Shown: one piece after another, positions 10,739-21,087 of the stretch
How the letters are laid out: the number at the start of each line of letters is the position of its first letter
Position numbering within the stretch: the stretch's first letter is position 1
Source of the DNA: Porphyridium purpureum
Lineage: Eukaryota
Assembly: GCA_008690995.1 (NCBI GenBank)
Contig: VRMN01000001.1
Coordinates: 372,001-436,000, forward strand
DNA: 64,000 bases
Direction: 5' to 3'
Program-made: the position numbers and the translations under genes
The notes under the pieces: model-generated
Databases searched by the model: none
Told to the model about the DNA's origin: nothing
The model's input: the letters and a program-made list of their open reading frames with translations, nothing else

Positions 10739-11962
10739 TCATTCCACGGTTTGGCAGACGAACTTACGGGCAATTTTATCTGCCATAATTTGAACCTGCC
10801 GGTCGTCAGTGACAAAGTCGTGCTTGATGCCGTAGGAAGGATCCAGAATCTCCACTTGGATCGCCTCTGGCGCGACCACATTATGTAGTGCACTCTTCAC
10901 CTTCTCCGCCTGGTGCAACGGCGCCCAGAAATCATTTTGCGTATAAATAAAAAAGATGCGCTGGCTATTCTTCGCATAAAAGTCCAGCTCGTTGGACAAA
11001 AATGGCTCTTCGTCTCTGAAGGATAAGTCTTCAAACTCGGAGCTTCCCATGTGCGCGACCGATTTGAGGACCCAAGGGAAGGCGACGAAGTATCGTTTTG
11101 TGATGTCAAGGCAGAGCTCGTCCATATCACTTACGAGAAGGTCCGTCATGCCTTCGAGAATCCGTACGGGCGTGAGCTGTTGAAGCGCTTGCACTGCAAA
11201 CCACGCAAGCGGGTGGTTGGCCAAAAAGCGCGCCCTTTTCTGATGAGCAGACTCATGATCGACCCTAATGAACGGCATGAGAAAGACTGAGGCCTGCACA
11301 AAGTCGGCCACCTCTGATTCCATGATAAGTTTACAGCAGTGGCTCCCGATCGAGTGTCCGCAGAGAACAAACTTGAAATGTCGGGCTGGTTGATTGTCGC
11401 GAGCTTCGGCTTGATCGACGAAAAACTTCAGCAACCGACTCATCTGCTCACCTTCCTCGCGAATGGTGAAGAGCTGTGGCGGCTTAACGCGGTTGAAGCC
11501 CATATAATTGAGCACCTTGATCGAGATCTTGTGCCTGCTCAGGTCGAGATTCGGGGCAGCGCACAGCGCAGTGCGCAGCGCCGTCGTCTTGTAATACTCG
11601 GCAATGCCTGGATTTCCAGGCACCAGAATCAACTGCCATTCACGTTCCGCGTTGGCCGGTGACGACAATTCGATTTCATAGTATTCACTTCGTTTCCCGT
11701 CAATTGTCTCCACCCGAGCCCTCCAAAGCGGCGGTTCGTCCGCCAGGCCGTTCACTCGAGCAGTGGGCGCGCCTATGCGCCGCCGCTTCCCATCGGTAGC
11801 ATCCGATCCACCGGGTCGATCCATTTTTACCGTTGAGAGAGACTGTCTCGCAAGTCGTACCAGCCTGACAAACCCGCGCGCTCGACCGCGTTCCCAAAAC
11901 CCCTGCGCTGCGGCCACATGACGAGCAAGAGATACTGTTGGCGCAGCTGCGGCGATGAACAT
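10739..11962 (-). CDS. LDAH: Lipid droplet-associated serine hydrolase (LDAH/DUF2305 family)
   Basis: LVPGNPGIAEYY, GHSIG nucleophile, DFWAP, IKHDF; start at MFIAAAAP (alternative Met at 11824). Confidence 0.8.
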   Translation of the reverse strand: MFIAAAAPTVSLARHVAAAQGFWERGRARGFVRLVRLARQSLSTVKMDRPGGSDATDGKRRRIGAPTARVNGLADEPPLWRARVETIDGKRSEYYEIELSSPANAEREWQLILVPGNPGIAEYYKTTALRTALCAAPNLDLSRHKISIKVLNYMGFNRVKPPQLFTIREEGEQMSRLLKFFVDQAEARDNQPARHFKFVLCGHSIGSHCCKLIMESEVADFVQASVFLMPFIRVDHESAHQKRARFLANHPLAWFAVQALQQLTPVRILEGMTDLLVSDMDELCLDITKRYFVAFPWVLKSVAHMGSSEFEDLSFRDEEPFLSNELDFYAKNSQRIFFIYTQNDFWAPLHQAEKVKSALHNVVAPEAIQVEILDPSYGIKHDFVTDDRQVQIMADKIARKFVCQTVE

Positions 11963-12545
11963 TGGAGTAATTACGGTCTCCGACCGCGCGTTCCGGGGCG
12001 AGTACCAGGACAAGGGTGGTCCCGCAGCGCTTGCGTACCTGAAAGCACGCCTCGATTACGATGGAGGCATCGAGTATCATTCGCGCTGTGTTCCAGATGA
12101 CGAAGCACAGCTCGAGCTGGCCGTGCAGGAGCTCTCACGGGCTGCGCAATGTTGTCTGATTGTAACGACAGGTGGGACAGGGCTGGGTGCACGGGATATC
12201 ACGCCGCAGACCACTGAGCGGATGTGCCAAGGAATGGTGGTGCCTGGGTTTGGCGAAGCGATGCGTGCTGCATCTTTGCGACTAGGAGTCAAGACAGCAA
12301 TTCTGTCGCGCGCAGTCGCAGCCGTGTTTGAGAAACGCTCGCTGATTATCAACCTGCCGGGCTCACCCAACGCCATCGCCGAGTGTATGGATGCGGTCGT
12401 GGACGTGGTACCGCACGCTGTCCACCACATGGTGGGTGGTGTGCGTCTGCGCGTTGTACCAGCGGGCAGCAAGGACGGAGCGGGACACGCAGAGTCACAG
12501 CAAGACCCTGCGCTACACCATGCCGAGCTCAAGAAGGCTCAGTAG
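11955..12545 (+). CDS. mogA: Molybdopterin adenylyltransferase (stand-alone MogA/Cnx1G domain)
   Basis: ITVSDRA..YQDKGGP, VPDD, TTGGTGLGARDITP, PGFGEAMR, LSRAVA, INLPGSP. Confidence 0.9.
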   Translation: MNIGVITVSDRAFRGEYQDKGGPAALAYLKARLDYDGGIEYHSRCVPDDEAQLELAVQELSRAAQCCLIVTTGGTGLGARDITPQTTERMCQGMVVPGFGEAMRAASLRLGVKTAILSRAVAAVFEKRSLIINLPGSPNAIAECMDAVVDVVPHAVHHMVGGVRLRVVPAGSKDGAGHAESQQDPALHHAELKKAQ

Positions 12546-12722
12546 TAAGATGCTTCAAAAATAACAACCGTGACGACTTGTAGCGAGACGTGAGCTACGT
12601 GAACAATGGTCGGACGCCGAACTTACGTCCACTAGGCAAACGGCAAAGCTGCTCTTTGCCGTGCCCGGTAAGGCGATCCGTGTATGCGCCTAGTTTAGTG
12701 CTGATATAGATTTCCCAGCCGC

Positions 12723-13472
12723 TCAGCCAGATTTTGGTTTGGGCTCCTTGTTTTTCGTTGCGTCCCTCCCTGACAGACTCAGGTTCCTCTTGCGCTGCTT
12801 GAGCATGTACATGTACATGGTCGGACCAAAGTACGCATAGCTTGCCAGGCCGCACAGGCAGAAGATGTAGAAATTGAAGATGAGCGTGCCACCAAGCGAC
12901 ACAAAGTTGACGCGGCTCTGCTTGATGTACGGCAGCGAAACAACGACCACGCCAATCTCGGCAGAGATTCCACTCGGATACAGGAGCAGAAAAGCCGAGT
13001 AACGAAGCCAATTAAGCCACGAGGGACACTCGACCTGCAGCAGCTTCAGTACGTAGACGGGGAAGCGCACTAGATCGGCGAGCGCCCATGAGACAAAGAG
13101 AAGCAGCACAAATGGCGAGCTGTATGCCTCTGGCACGCACATGAGCACGCCAAAGTAGACTAGATTCCTCCCGAGCACCTGGATACACGCTGCCTTGACC
13201 GACGAGCCCGCGAAGCCGAGCAGCGCGTGCCCAATTTCCAGGTACGCGAGGTACTGCGCGGCACTGAGAAAGGGAGACGCGTGCTCGAACACACGAGACG
13301 CGCTTCGGAACGCCACCGCCGATCCTATCGACACGCACAGCACCACAGTGTAAAGCACCAGCTGGGCGACATTGTAAATCAGCAAATAAGCACGCTGCGC
13401 TTGCGGGGCCTGGGACGACTTGTCAGTTGTCGCATGCGGCGCTTCCTTTCGCTCCTGGCCTGTATCCGCCAT
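12723..13472 (-). CDS. HACD: Very-long-chain 3-hydroxyacyl-CoA dehydratase (HACD/PTPLA/PAS2)
   Basis: YLLIYN, LEIGHALLG, WLRYSAFLLLYPSGISAE, YMLKQRKR; C-terminal KxKxx ER signal. Confidence 0.9.
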   Translation of the reverse strand: MADTGQERKEAPHATTDKSSQAPQAQRAYLLIYNVAQLVLYTVVLCVSIGSAVAFRSASRVFEHASPFLSAAQYLAYLEIGHALLGFAGSSVKAACIQVLGRNLVYFGVLMCVPEAYSSPFVLLLFVSWALADLVRFPVYVLKLLQVECPSWLNWLRYSAFLLLYPSGISAEIGVVVVSLPYIKQSRVNFVSLGGTLIFNFYIFCLCGLASYAYFGPTMYMYMLKQRKRNLSLSGRDATKNKEPKPKSG

Positions 13473-13669
13473 GCTCTAAGACCAAAGATCACGGCTTCCG
13501 ACTATTCCCGCGATGCGTGTCGGCACGTCCGGCAACCCGGATGTTTCAGCTGTGCCAGAAGGAAAGGCAGATGTGGCGTGAGTCTTGAAGACTGACGAGC
13601 TGTGCGCCGTGTCGAAAGAGAGTCAGTTCCACTGTCAGGGCCCAGCGAGCAAATTACGTCCGGAATGGA

Positions 13670-15715
13670 ATGACGGTCGTTCGCTCCGTGTCATGTATTG
13701 TATCAGGCGGTGCGGGCCCCAAGTTGGCCTTTCATCGCGTCGCGCAAGGCCAGCCGGAGCGCGCAGAGGCGGCCGGCGAAAGCACAAGCACACATCACGA
13801 TGCCAGGATGTCAGCTTCGTCCCGCTCGTCGGCGTCGCGCATGCTCAAATTTCAGCAGCCGTCGGAAGGACAGGCCAGTGCAGCCGAGCGCTTGTCCCCG
13901 GAGACAGGAGCCGCTCGGACTTCTTTCATGGATGAAGATATGTGGCTACTCGGGAGTACTACTGCGCAGGATTTCAACCGAAGCCAAAGCTCACCGTCTG
14001 GCGCCGTTCCACCCTTGTCGCTCAAGAACAGCGGTACGGTGCCGTTGGGAAGACCGACGTATGTGTTCGCACCTGCTGCGCCCACCGATATCGGTTGGCG
14101 CGTGCGGGAGAAGCCCGTTCTGGATGAACTGTCCGAAGAGGCTTTCATAAAGCTGATGAGCCTGGACCCAAGCTTGTGCAATACAACCATGAAGGTGCGC
14201 GTCGGCGCCATCCGCTTCATTGGCTATCCGGTGAGAATATCACCGGATGAACTCCAACCCAATGAAAGCGACAAAGCTAGTCAGCCAGCTGCAGCAAGAG
14301 CATCTTTTTCTGCTTCTTTGCCGCAGAAGAGGACGGTTTCGTACCTGAATGTCGTTTGTGGGTTCCATGTGTCCGGAGATGGTTTCGACTCGGCGAGCGA
14401 AACTGTGTGCGAAAAGGTCGTCAAAGCTGTGGCATGCGCATTTGCGGAAGAAGAGAGGCGATGTGGATACATGACGCTTGGGCTCGTCCATGATAGCGCA
14501 CGTGAAGATGACAGTCCAGCATTGTCTTCTGCAGCAGCGACGGCAGACAATTTAGTGGATGGGTCAGACGGGTCTGTGATGGCTGATCACTGTCAGGTGC
14601 TTGATCATGTCATGCATCTACTCTATACGGGTCAAAGTGGCTGCGTGACGGTGAACGCGTGGATCTCAATCCAGGTGCCTCCACTCCCCACCTTCAACCA
14701 CGTGGCGGAGCCCAAACCCATACATCCTTTCGACTCGTTCCTGAGCTATGAGCGTGCGGGGTCCCGGACGCTGTCACAAATACCGCAAGATACACTTCTT
14801 TCGGAGTTCTTGGAGCGCGTGAGCCCATTTGTTTCGTTTGAGCAACTGCAACTTTCGCTCAACGTTCCCATGGAGGCAGTGATAAGACTTGCCGCCATGG
14901 CCGAGGAGTGGGGACTGGGGTGCGTGATTGCGACCATCACCACAGAGTCGCACCTTTGTATCCACCCTGGTCTCGATCTTCAGGTTTGTTCGAGTAGTTT
15001 CACATGCTTTATTTACGCTTGTCAGTGTTGATATGGATGGGCCTACTTACCATACGTGCGGTCCCATCTTTTTATTTGTTCTTTGTCTATGCTTGATTCT
15101 TTGTGGCTTCACGAGCGCAGGACTTGAATGAAATGGCTCAGAAATTTGCCATCTTTACAAGTCGATTTCGAGCTCGGCAGTGGTCCTTGCACGGGTTACT
15201 ATTTCAATTCTCGAAATCGCAGTCTCTCAGCCAGCATTTTGCGTCACTCGGGAGCGGCGATGATCTTCTGGGCGAGTTTTTCGAGTGCGTAAAATGGATG
15301 CTTGCGAATGAGCTCATTGCAGGGGTGAAGCGGTTCGTGGCGGTATCGAGCCGCGCGGAGCTCGAAGAGACTTGCAAAGAGCTCGAAAGCATAGGTTCCT
15401 CGGATCACGCCAGAGAGTACAAGTACGTTACATTTTCATGCTCCGATGAAAGCTCATGGTTGTTGTTGTTTTCAATGTCGCTACGACAGGCGGAAAAAGA
15501 GCGAGATATTCTGACCCAGTCGGACCCGCGCGTGCATGCGTCGTCGGCGATTCCATTCCTCCAGTGCACTGCTTCCCTTTGAAGGAATGTGTATTTCGAT
15601 CGAGGTGCTGTTGTGGGAGCTTCAGTGGACTTCTGATCAGATTCTGCGCCTTGAAGGTGCGTCGCCTCGTTCAGCGATCCGTATCTTTTCCGTTGCAGAT
15701 TTTGTCCACCCATAA
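13670..15715 (+). CDS. NPRL3: GATOR1 subunit NPRL3-like, 3 exons (introns 14984-15120 and ~15423-15564)
   Basis: VGAIRFIGYP, EEERRCGYM, VNAWISI, IHPFDSFL; GT..AG introns restore frame to C-terminal LLPFEGMCISIEVLLW; second acceptor could be 15519. Confidence 0.7.
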
Positions 15716-15748
15716 ATGGAATTTCGCACCACTTTGCGCACGCCCCTC

Positions 15749-16315
15749 TCACCGGGTCTGTTGCTGGTGCGTCCTTTGGCCATTTTGCTGCTGCATGCAC
15801 CGCCTCACGTCCTCTTGGATTCTTAAGTAAGTGGCGTGGTCTGCCGGAGGGGGACCACCGGCCCATAATCTGTGGCCTGGCTGAACCTGCTGCTGAAACA
15901 TATTCCCGGAATGCGCATGTTGCTGCGGACCCGACGCAAGCCCCGAATGACTCTGGTGAGCATGCGACGGCTGCGGAGACTGATGCTCTTGTTCTCGCAG
16001 TCTTTGTTCCTGTAGTTTCGTCCATGCGTACCTGACTTGCGTATACAGGTACAGGAGGACAAAGCGCAGCACATAAAACATCAACGCCCACGCCACCGCC
16101 ACAAACATCATCGCACGCGTCCATCCAGACATGGCTGGCTGGTACGGCCTTGTCGGCGGCTGCGCCTGCTGCTCGGAAAAGCGCATCTGATACGAGTCCC
16201 GAAACGTCTCGCTCGTGCCGTCTGCCAGCACGTCCTCTGCGACATACATCATGTCTGCGGGCCCCGCATACCCCAACATCCCTTCCAGAACCACCCGCGG
16301 AAACTGTGCCGCCAT
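15749..16315 (-). CDS. Single-pass membrane protein with Q/H-rich tail, unknown function
   Basis: Hydrophobic AMMFVAVAWALMFYVLRFVLLYLY segment; divergent from COQ3. Confidence 0.55.
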   Translation of the reverse strand: MAAQFPRVVLEGMLGYAGPADMMYVAEDVLADGTSETFRDSYQMRFSEQQAQPPTRPYQPAMSGWTRAMMFVAVAWALMFYVLRFVLLYLYTQVRYAWTKLQEQRLREQEHQSPQPSHAHQSHSGLASGPQQHAHSGNMFQQQVQPGHRLWAGGPPPADHATYLRIQEDVRRCMQQQNGQRTHQQQTR

Positions 16316-16448
16316 GCTGGCCTTCAACCACCAACCTTCTATCTCTCTCTTTAGCCCTTCTCTCTCCCTCTTTCTCTTTCTCTTCCTCTTCTGCCCGAAT
16401 CCCCCCCTCCTCCCGCTTTGTCGGGCGCCCCTTTGCCGATGTCACTCA

Positions 16449-16498
16449 ACTGTACCTATGATTCAGATACTGTACTTCTGAGTCATGCAAGGTACAGT
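16449..16498. promoter_or_regulatory. Divergent promoter with three GTACAGT/ACTGTAC motifs
   Basis: Motif at 16449, 16469 and 16492. Confidence 0.45.
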
Positions 16499-16609
16499 AA
16501 GTACACTATCCACTGACACAAATTGCATCCCAAATTACATGGAGGTTCGCGGCAGAGCGATGTGGAGGATTTGCACGGTCAGGGCGAGGGAAGGAGAGGC
16601 AAGGATAAG

Positions 16610-17479
16610 ATGATACGCTCATGGGTAGCCTGGCGGCACTTGAGGAGCCTCGGGCAGAATGTGCGGCGGTGCTCGTCGTCTCCGCAGTCGCCGTCTGTCG
16701 ATGCCGCAGAAATCCTAAAGTTTAACGCCTTGTCGGCAAAGTGGTGGAACACGCAGGGACATGCTGCATTCCTGCACCGAATGAACCCGGCGCGCGTGGC
16801 ATTCATCCGCTCCGTGATTGAGTCGTTGCTCCTGAGAAAGGACGCGCCGCTGGCTGTTCTGACAGACAGGGAGGAGGATGGCAGTGGGACCTGTTTGCCG
16901 CTGCATTCGGTGTCTGTGCTGGATGTGGGTTGTGGTGGCGGGCTCGTTGCTGAACCGCTCGCAAGACTGGGCGCAAAGGTCACTGGGATAGACGGCGCAG
17001 GGGATGCTGTTAGAGTAGCAAATGAGCATGCAAAGATGGAGGCCTCGTTGCGCTCGCGGTTGGAGTATCGACACGCCACGGTCGAGCAGCTGGTGCAAGA
17101 GCAGCGTGCGTTCGATGTGGTCACGGCGCTCGAGATCGTGGAGCATGTAAATCAGCCCCGAGAATTCGTGGCTTCATGCGCTGCGTTGGTCAGCAAAAAG
17201 GGCGGTCTCCTCGTGCTGTCTACCATCAATAGAACGCCGCTTTCATACGCGGCCACGATTCTGGGTGCCGAGAAACTGACGCGCATCATTCCGAGCGGCA
17301 CCCACGATTGGAATCGCTACATCACGCCCGGAGAGCTGGGGGCTGTGGTTGAAGGTCTGGGCTTCACTGTTGAGAGAGTGGTCGGTCTGCACTTCAACCC
17401 ATTGTCGGGAGTCTTTTTCTTATCCGAGCGAAACTTGGACATTAACTATATCATGGTGGCGGCGTGGCATCCGCGATAA
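16610..17479 (+). CDS. COQ3: Ubiquinone biosynthesis O-methyltransferase (COQ3/UbiG)
   Basis: EILKFNALSAKWW, LHRMNPAR, VLDVGCGGG, FDVVTALEIVEHV, STINRT, GTHDW. Confidence 0.93.
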   Translation: MIRSWVAWRHLRSLGQNVRRCSSSPQSPSVDAAEILKFNALSAKWWNTQGHAAFLHRMNPARVAFIRSVIESLLLRKDAPLAVLTDREEDGSGTCLPLHSVSVLDVGCGGGLVAEPLARLGAKVTGIDGAGDAVRVANEHAKMEASLRSRLEYRHATVEQLVQEQRAFDVVTALEIVEHVNQPREFVASCAALVSKKGGLLVLSTINRTPLSYAATILGAEKLTRIIPSGTHDWNRYITPGELGAVVEGLGFTVERVVGLHFNPLSGVFFLSERNLDINYIMVAAWHPR

Positions 17480-17610
17480 GCCTTTTCTTCCCTTCTCCTT
17501 GCGTGCGTTCTCGGCTCTCGCATAGTGACGCCGTGCTACTCGAGTCAGTCGTTTGTATTGATGTCAAGTTCTGAACAAGGCGGGCAGCGTACAGATTTCG
17601 CTATTGGAGT

Positions 17611-18162
17611 CTACAGTGCCGACGCTGGGTTACTGTCTTCGTCTCGCAAGTATTGGCCTACGTCTGCTTGATTAAGCACGATGATGTCCATCGGATTTGC
17701 TTTGCGCGTGTCATGGGTCGAGCGCGCGGTGATGCCAAATCCGATGGGAATATCGCCCATGCTGTACACGACAACACCTTGTCCTTGCGGAGTATCGGTG
17801 AAGCGTCCGACACCCGCCTTGAGCACATGATTTCCATACATGTACGACATTTCCGACGACGGCTTCACCCAGACCTTGTACTTTGCGTACTTGGCGAGGT
17901 AGGGCAAGAACGTGATGTGGAGGTGAAAGTTGGAGTGGTGCGTGAACTTGCCCACGCACACACCCAACGCAGCTACCTTGGAGCGCGCATACGTCGTCGC
18001 ATGCCGCATCACATTTTCCCGCACATAATAAACGCGGTCCTTCTGCAGCCGGAAGCACCACGCCTCACTGCCCGTGTCGATGAGCTGTTTCAGGTTGCTG
18101 CCCACATACTTGGCCAGCTTTTCGAAGACTTGTCTTGTCTCCTCCTCAGTTAAGGGGCGCAT
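17611..18162 (-). CDS. NIP7: 60S ribosome biogenesis protein NIP7
   Basis: MRPLTEEETRQVFEKLAKYVG, YGNHVLKAG, QADVGQYLRDED. Confidence 0.95.
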   Translation of the reverse strand: MRPLTEEETRQVFEKLAKYVGSNLKQLIDTGSEAWCFRLQKDRVYYVRENVMRHATTYARSKVAALGVCVGKFTHHSNFHLHITFLPYLAKYAKYKVWVKPSSEMSYMYGNHVLKAGVGRFTDTPQGQGVVVYSMGDIPIGFGITARSTHDTRKANPMDIIVLNQADVGQYLRDEDSNPASAL

Positions 18163-18464
18163 CCTATTCAAATGTCTGTGTTAACGACGCTACGCACGCT
18201 CCGGAATCCTGCGCAGTGCATATCTGTCTCGCAAACTCCCGCGCCCAGCCAAAGCTTGCCCCCAACCTTTTTCGCGCACCGACGGCCATCAACACGGAGC
18301 AAAAAAAGTCGGTAGTACAGTGGTTCACGTCGATGCGTCTTGGTCGTCCACGGTGGAAAGGAGGGACTTTGGCACGCGGCACAAGTGACGCTGCGTATTC
18401 TGGGTAGCGTTTTCGTCTGGCTCGAAGCAGGTGACGTCGTGGGTTTTCCGGCTCTCGAGTTGCC

Positions 18465-18716
18465 ATGACTAAAGCGGTGCTTCGCTTGTACCGCGAGCTC
18501 CTGAAACAAGGCCGAGGCTTTGCAGATTACAACTTTCGCGAGTACAGCCTGCGCCGCGTGCGCGAGGAGTTCCGCGCGAACAAGTCCATCAGCGATCCGG
18601 AAGTTGTGCAACAAAAGCTGGCGTTCGCGCAAGAGCAGCTGCAGATTGTCACGAGGCAGAGCACGCTGAGTCGAATGTATGCGTGGGATCCCCTTGTGAT
18701 CGAGAATCGAAAGTGA
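18465..18716 (+). CDS. ISD11: LYR protein ISD11/LYRM4 (Fe-S cluster assembly)
   Basis: [29 protein letters not shown]. Confidence 0.92.
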   Translation: MTKAVLRLYRELLKQGRGFADYNFREYSLRRVREEFRANKSISDPEVVQQKLAFAQEQLQIVTRQSTLSRMYAWDPLVIENRK

Positions 18717-18769
18717 AGTGGCGGCGTGGCCCAGAGGAGAAGCCATTTCCACCAAGCAACGAGCTCAGC

Positions 18770-19597
18770 ATGGCTGACGGGTCCGCAAACGCGTGGCGTC
18801 TAGACAACAAACTTGCTGTTGTGACAGGCGGAACAAAGGGAATCGGCCGTGCGGTGGTGGAGGAGTTTGCGAGCCTGGGTGCGCACACAATCTTCTGTGC
18901 GCGTGGCGAGGCGGACGTGGAGGCCGCGGCGCGGGAGCTGAATGCGCGCTTCCCAGATTCCGTGACGGGGATCGTCGCCGATCTTGCCGTGCCTGAAGGC
19001 CGCGAGGCTCTGCTCGCCGAAACAAGGCGCGTGGCAGAGCGCCGTGGCAGGTCAGGCAGCATCGACATTCTGGTGAACAACGTCGGAAAGAATGTTCGGC
19101 GGCCCGGCACCCAATTTTACGAAGCGGACGCCGTTGCGGATGTTTTCCGCACCAACTGGGAGTCGATGTTTTTCACGTCGCAGATGATGTTCGACCTTTT
19201 GAAGCGACCGGACGCCGGCACGCGCGGGCACGCGGTGATCTGCAACGTGGGGTCTGTCGCGGGAGGGCCGAGTGCGATTGTGAGCGGGAGTCCGTACGCG
19301 GCCACGAAGGCGGCGATGAACCAGTTTACCCGCGCGCTGGCGTGCGAGTGGGCTCCGCACGGCATCCGCGTGAACTGCGTGGCGCCGTGGTACATCTCGA
19401 CGGAGCTGGCGCAGCAGGTGCTCCGCGACGCGACGTACCGCGCACAAGTCGAGCGCGCGACGCCCATGCGCCGCGTGGGCGAGCCGCACGAAGTCGCGCG
19501 CTGCATTGCCTTCACCTGCATGCCGGCCTCCAGCTACATCACCGGACAGGTTCTCGCCGTGGACGGCGGCTTTTCCGTCTCTGGCTTTGGCTTCTAG
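18770..19597 (+). CDS. Tropinone reductase-like short-chain dehydrogenase
   Basis: [46 protein letters not shown]. Confidence 0.9.
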   Translation: MADGSANAWRLDNKLAVVTGGTKGIGRAVVEEFASLGAHTIFCARGEADVEAAARELNARFPDSVTGIVADLAVPEGREALLAETRRVAERRGRSGSIDILVNNVGKNVRRPGTQFYEADAVADVFRTNWESMFFTSQMMFDLLKRPDAGTRGHAVICNVGSVAGGPSAIVSGSPYAATKAAMNQFTRALACEWAPHGIRVNCVAPWYISTELAQQVLRDATYRAQVERATPMRRVGEPHEVARCIAFTCMPASSYITGQVLAVDGGFSVSGFGF

Positions 19598-20340
19598 ACA
19601 TCCATGCCGCTCCCCAACTCTCCTTCGCACAGTACTCAACCACTGTACCCCAAACCCTTATTAAAAGCGGCCGATTTGGATTCGATTCAAGATGCAATAA
19701 AAACACGCACACCCCACACCACACTGACCGCGCGGCGCCGACTGTACCCCGTTCAAGTGTCTCTATGTAAGAGCGTCGCGTTGGTAGAGAGAGAAAACAC
19801 GGACCGATCGATCAGTCGAAAGGCACGAAAACAGAAAGAAAACCGCACCACCCCAACGACGGCGTTTCCGAGCTGGAGGTTTCTCCTCTGGAATGACTGA
19901 ATAACGCCGTGAATGAATCAAATAACGCGTCGAATCCACGAACCACCCGCGGGTGAGTCTAGACGCGCGCTGGAGTTTCTCTTTCTCTCCCTCTCTCCCC
20001 CCTCAGTTCCGCGTTGTTCCGCTATGAGCGGGTTGGTGCGGCATGATTTGGTTGGGTATCAGTGCCTTCAGTGCTTTTTGGTGTTTCTGGTGATTTTCGG
20101 GGTGCGGTTTCTAGGGTGGAAGTGGAGGAGAATTGTGGAGGCTGGCTGGGTTGGATGGATGTGCCGCTCCCGCTCCCGTTCCCGGCGGTTGGACGTTGGT
20201 GTATAACATGCGCTGTGCGGAACATTCTCATACCCAGTGGAGAAGCAGCTGAAGAGGCATTTGTAGACGACTGGGGTGAGAAGGATCAGGTAGCGCGGCA
20301 GGTGAGAAGGTGATAGCTGTGAGCTGCTAGAGCTATATCT

Positions 20341-20375
20341 GTGTGTGTGTGTGTGCGTGTGTCTGTGTGAGTGTG
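20341..20375. repeat. (GT)n microsatellite, imperfect
   Basis: gtgtgtgtgtgtgtgcgtgtgtctgtgtgagtgtg. Confidence 0.7.
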
Positions 20376-20417
20376 GTTGAGTGCTGAGGAGTGGGTATAC
20401 CCAAAGGAGGTAGCGGA

Positions 20418-20936
20418 ATGGCGACGGTGGAAATCGTCTGTCGCGGATCGCGAACGGAGCGCGCGGCAGACGCGCACTCTGCGTGCAGGAATTGCGGCGC
20501 CGCCAGGAGCGTGGCCGGCAACGCGCCGTCGTTTGGCTCGCGCTGGTCGTCGCTGTCGAGCACGGCGCACGCGGGCGCGGGGGATGCGCAGGAGGACGGG
20601 TGGTGCAGTCACCAGGAAAGTGAAGAGGCGCAGGACGTGTTCTGCTCGCCAGAGTGTTTCTGGAGCGCCGAATTGGCGCCGGCTGGTCCGGGCGCGAGCT
20701 CGAACGCGTCATCACGGTCTCACTCCCCCATGACGATGGGCGTGAACCCATTTGCGGATTCGTCCGCGCAAAGAGACACAAAGCGTCAGGCTTGGGACCC
20801 TTCCGAGGGAATTCGTGGCTCGACGACGCGCGCGGTGGAAAGAAACCCGGTCGAGAACGCCGACAACGCCATGTATCTGTTCCACGCAGGGCTGTCGTCA
20901 ACGTTTCGCCCGGAGAATACGTTTAGGGTGCTCTGA
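20418..20936 (+). CDS. Small protein with CxxC...FCSxEC (FCS-type) zinc finger
   Basis: CRNCG and VFCSPECFWS in a low-complexity ORF. Confidence 0.5.
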   Translation: MATVEIVCRGSRTERAADAHSACRNCGAARSVAGNAPSFGSRWSSLSSTAHAGAGDAQEDGWCSHQESEEAQDVFCSPECFWSAELAPAGPGASSNASSRSHSPMTMGVNPFADSSAQRDTKRQAWDPSEGIRGSTTRAVERNPVENADNAMYLFHAGLSSTFRPENTFRVL

Positions 20937-21087
20937 TTCTGTCTCGTGTACTTGTACCTTTTGTAATTTATGTTCATCTAGCTAAAAAGTTGTAAACGTA
21001 GTTTTAGGATAGCATTCAATCTTCGGCGAATTCCCTTTGTCCGAAAGAGTCTCGCGTCCACGGTGCTGCCTTCTCCTATTAGACCGG

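Noticed and set aside
18168..18755. 195-aa minus ORF and many other long antisense ORFs (e.g. 19052-19639, 21703-22482, 34529-35245, 50321-51202)
   Set aside because: Shadow ORFs of well-supported genes in GC-rich DNA
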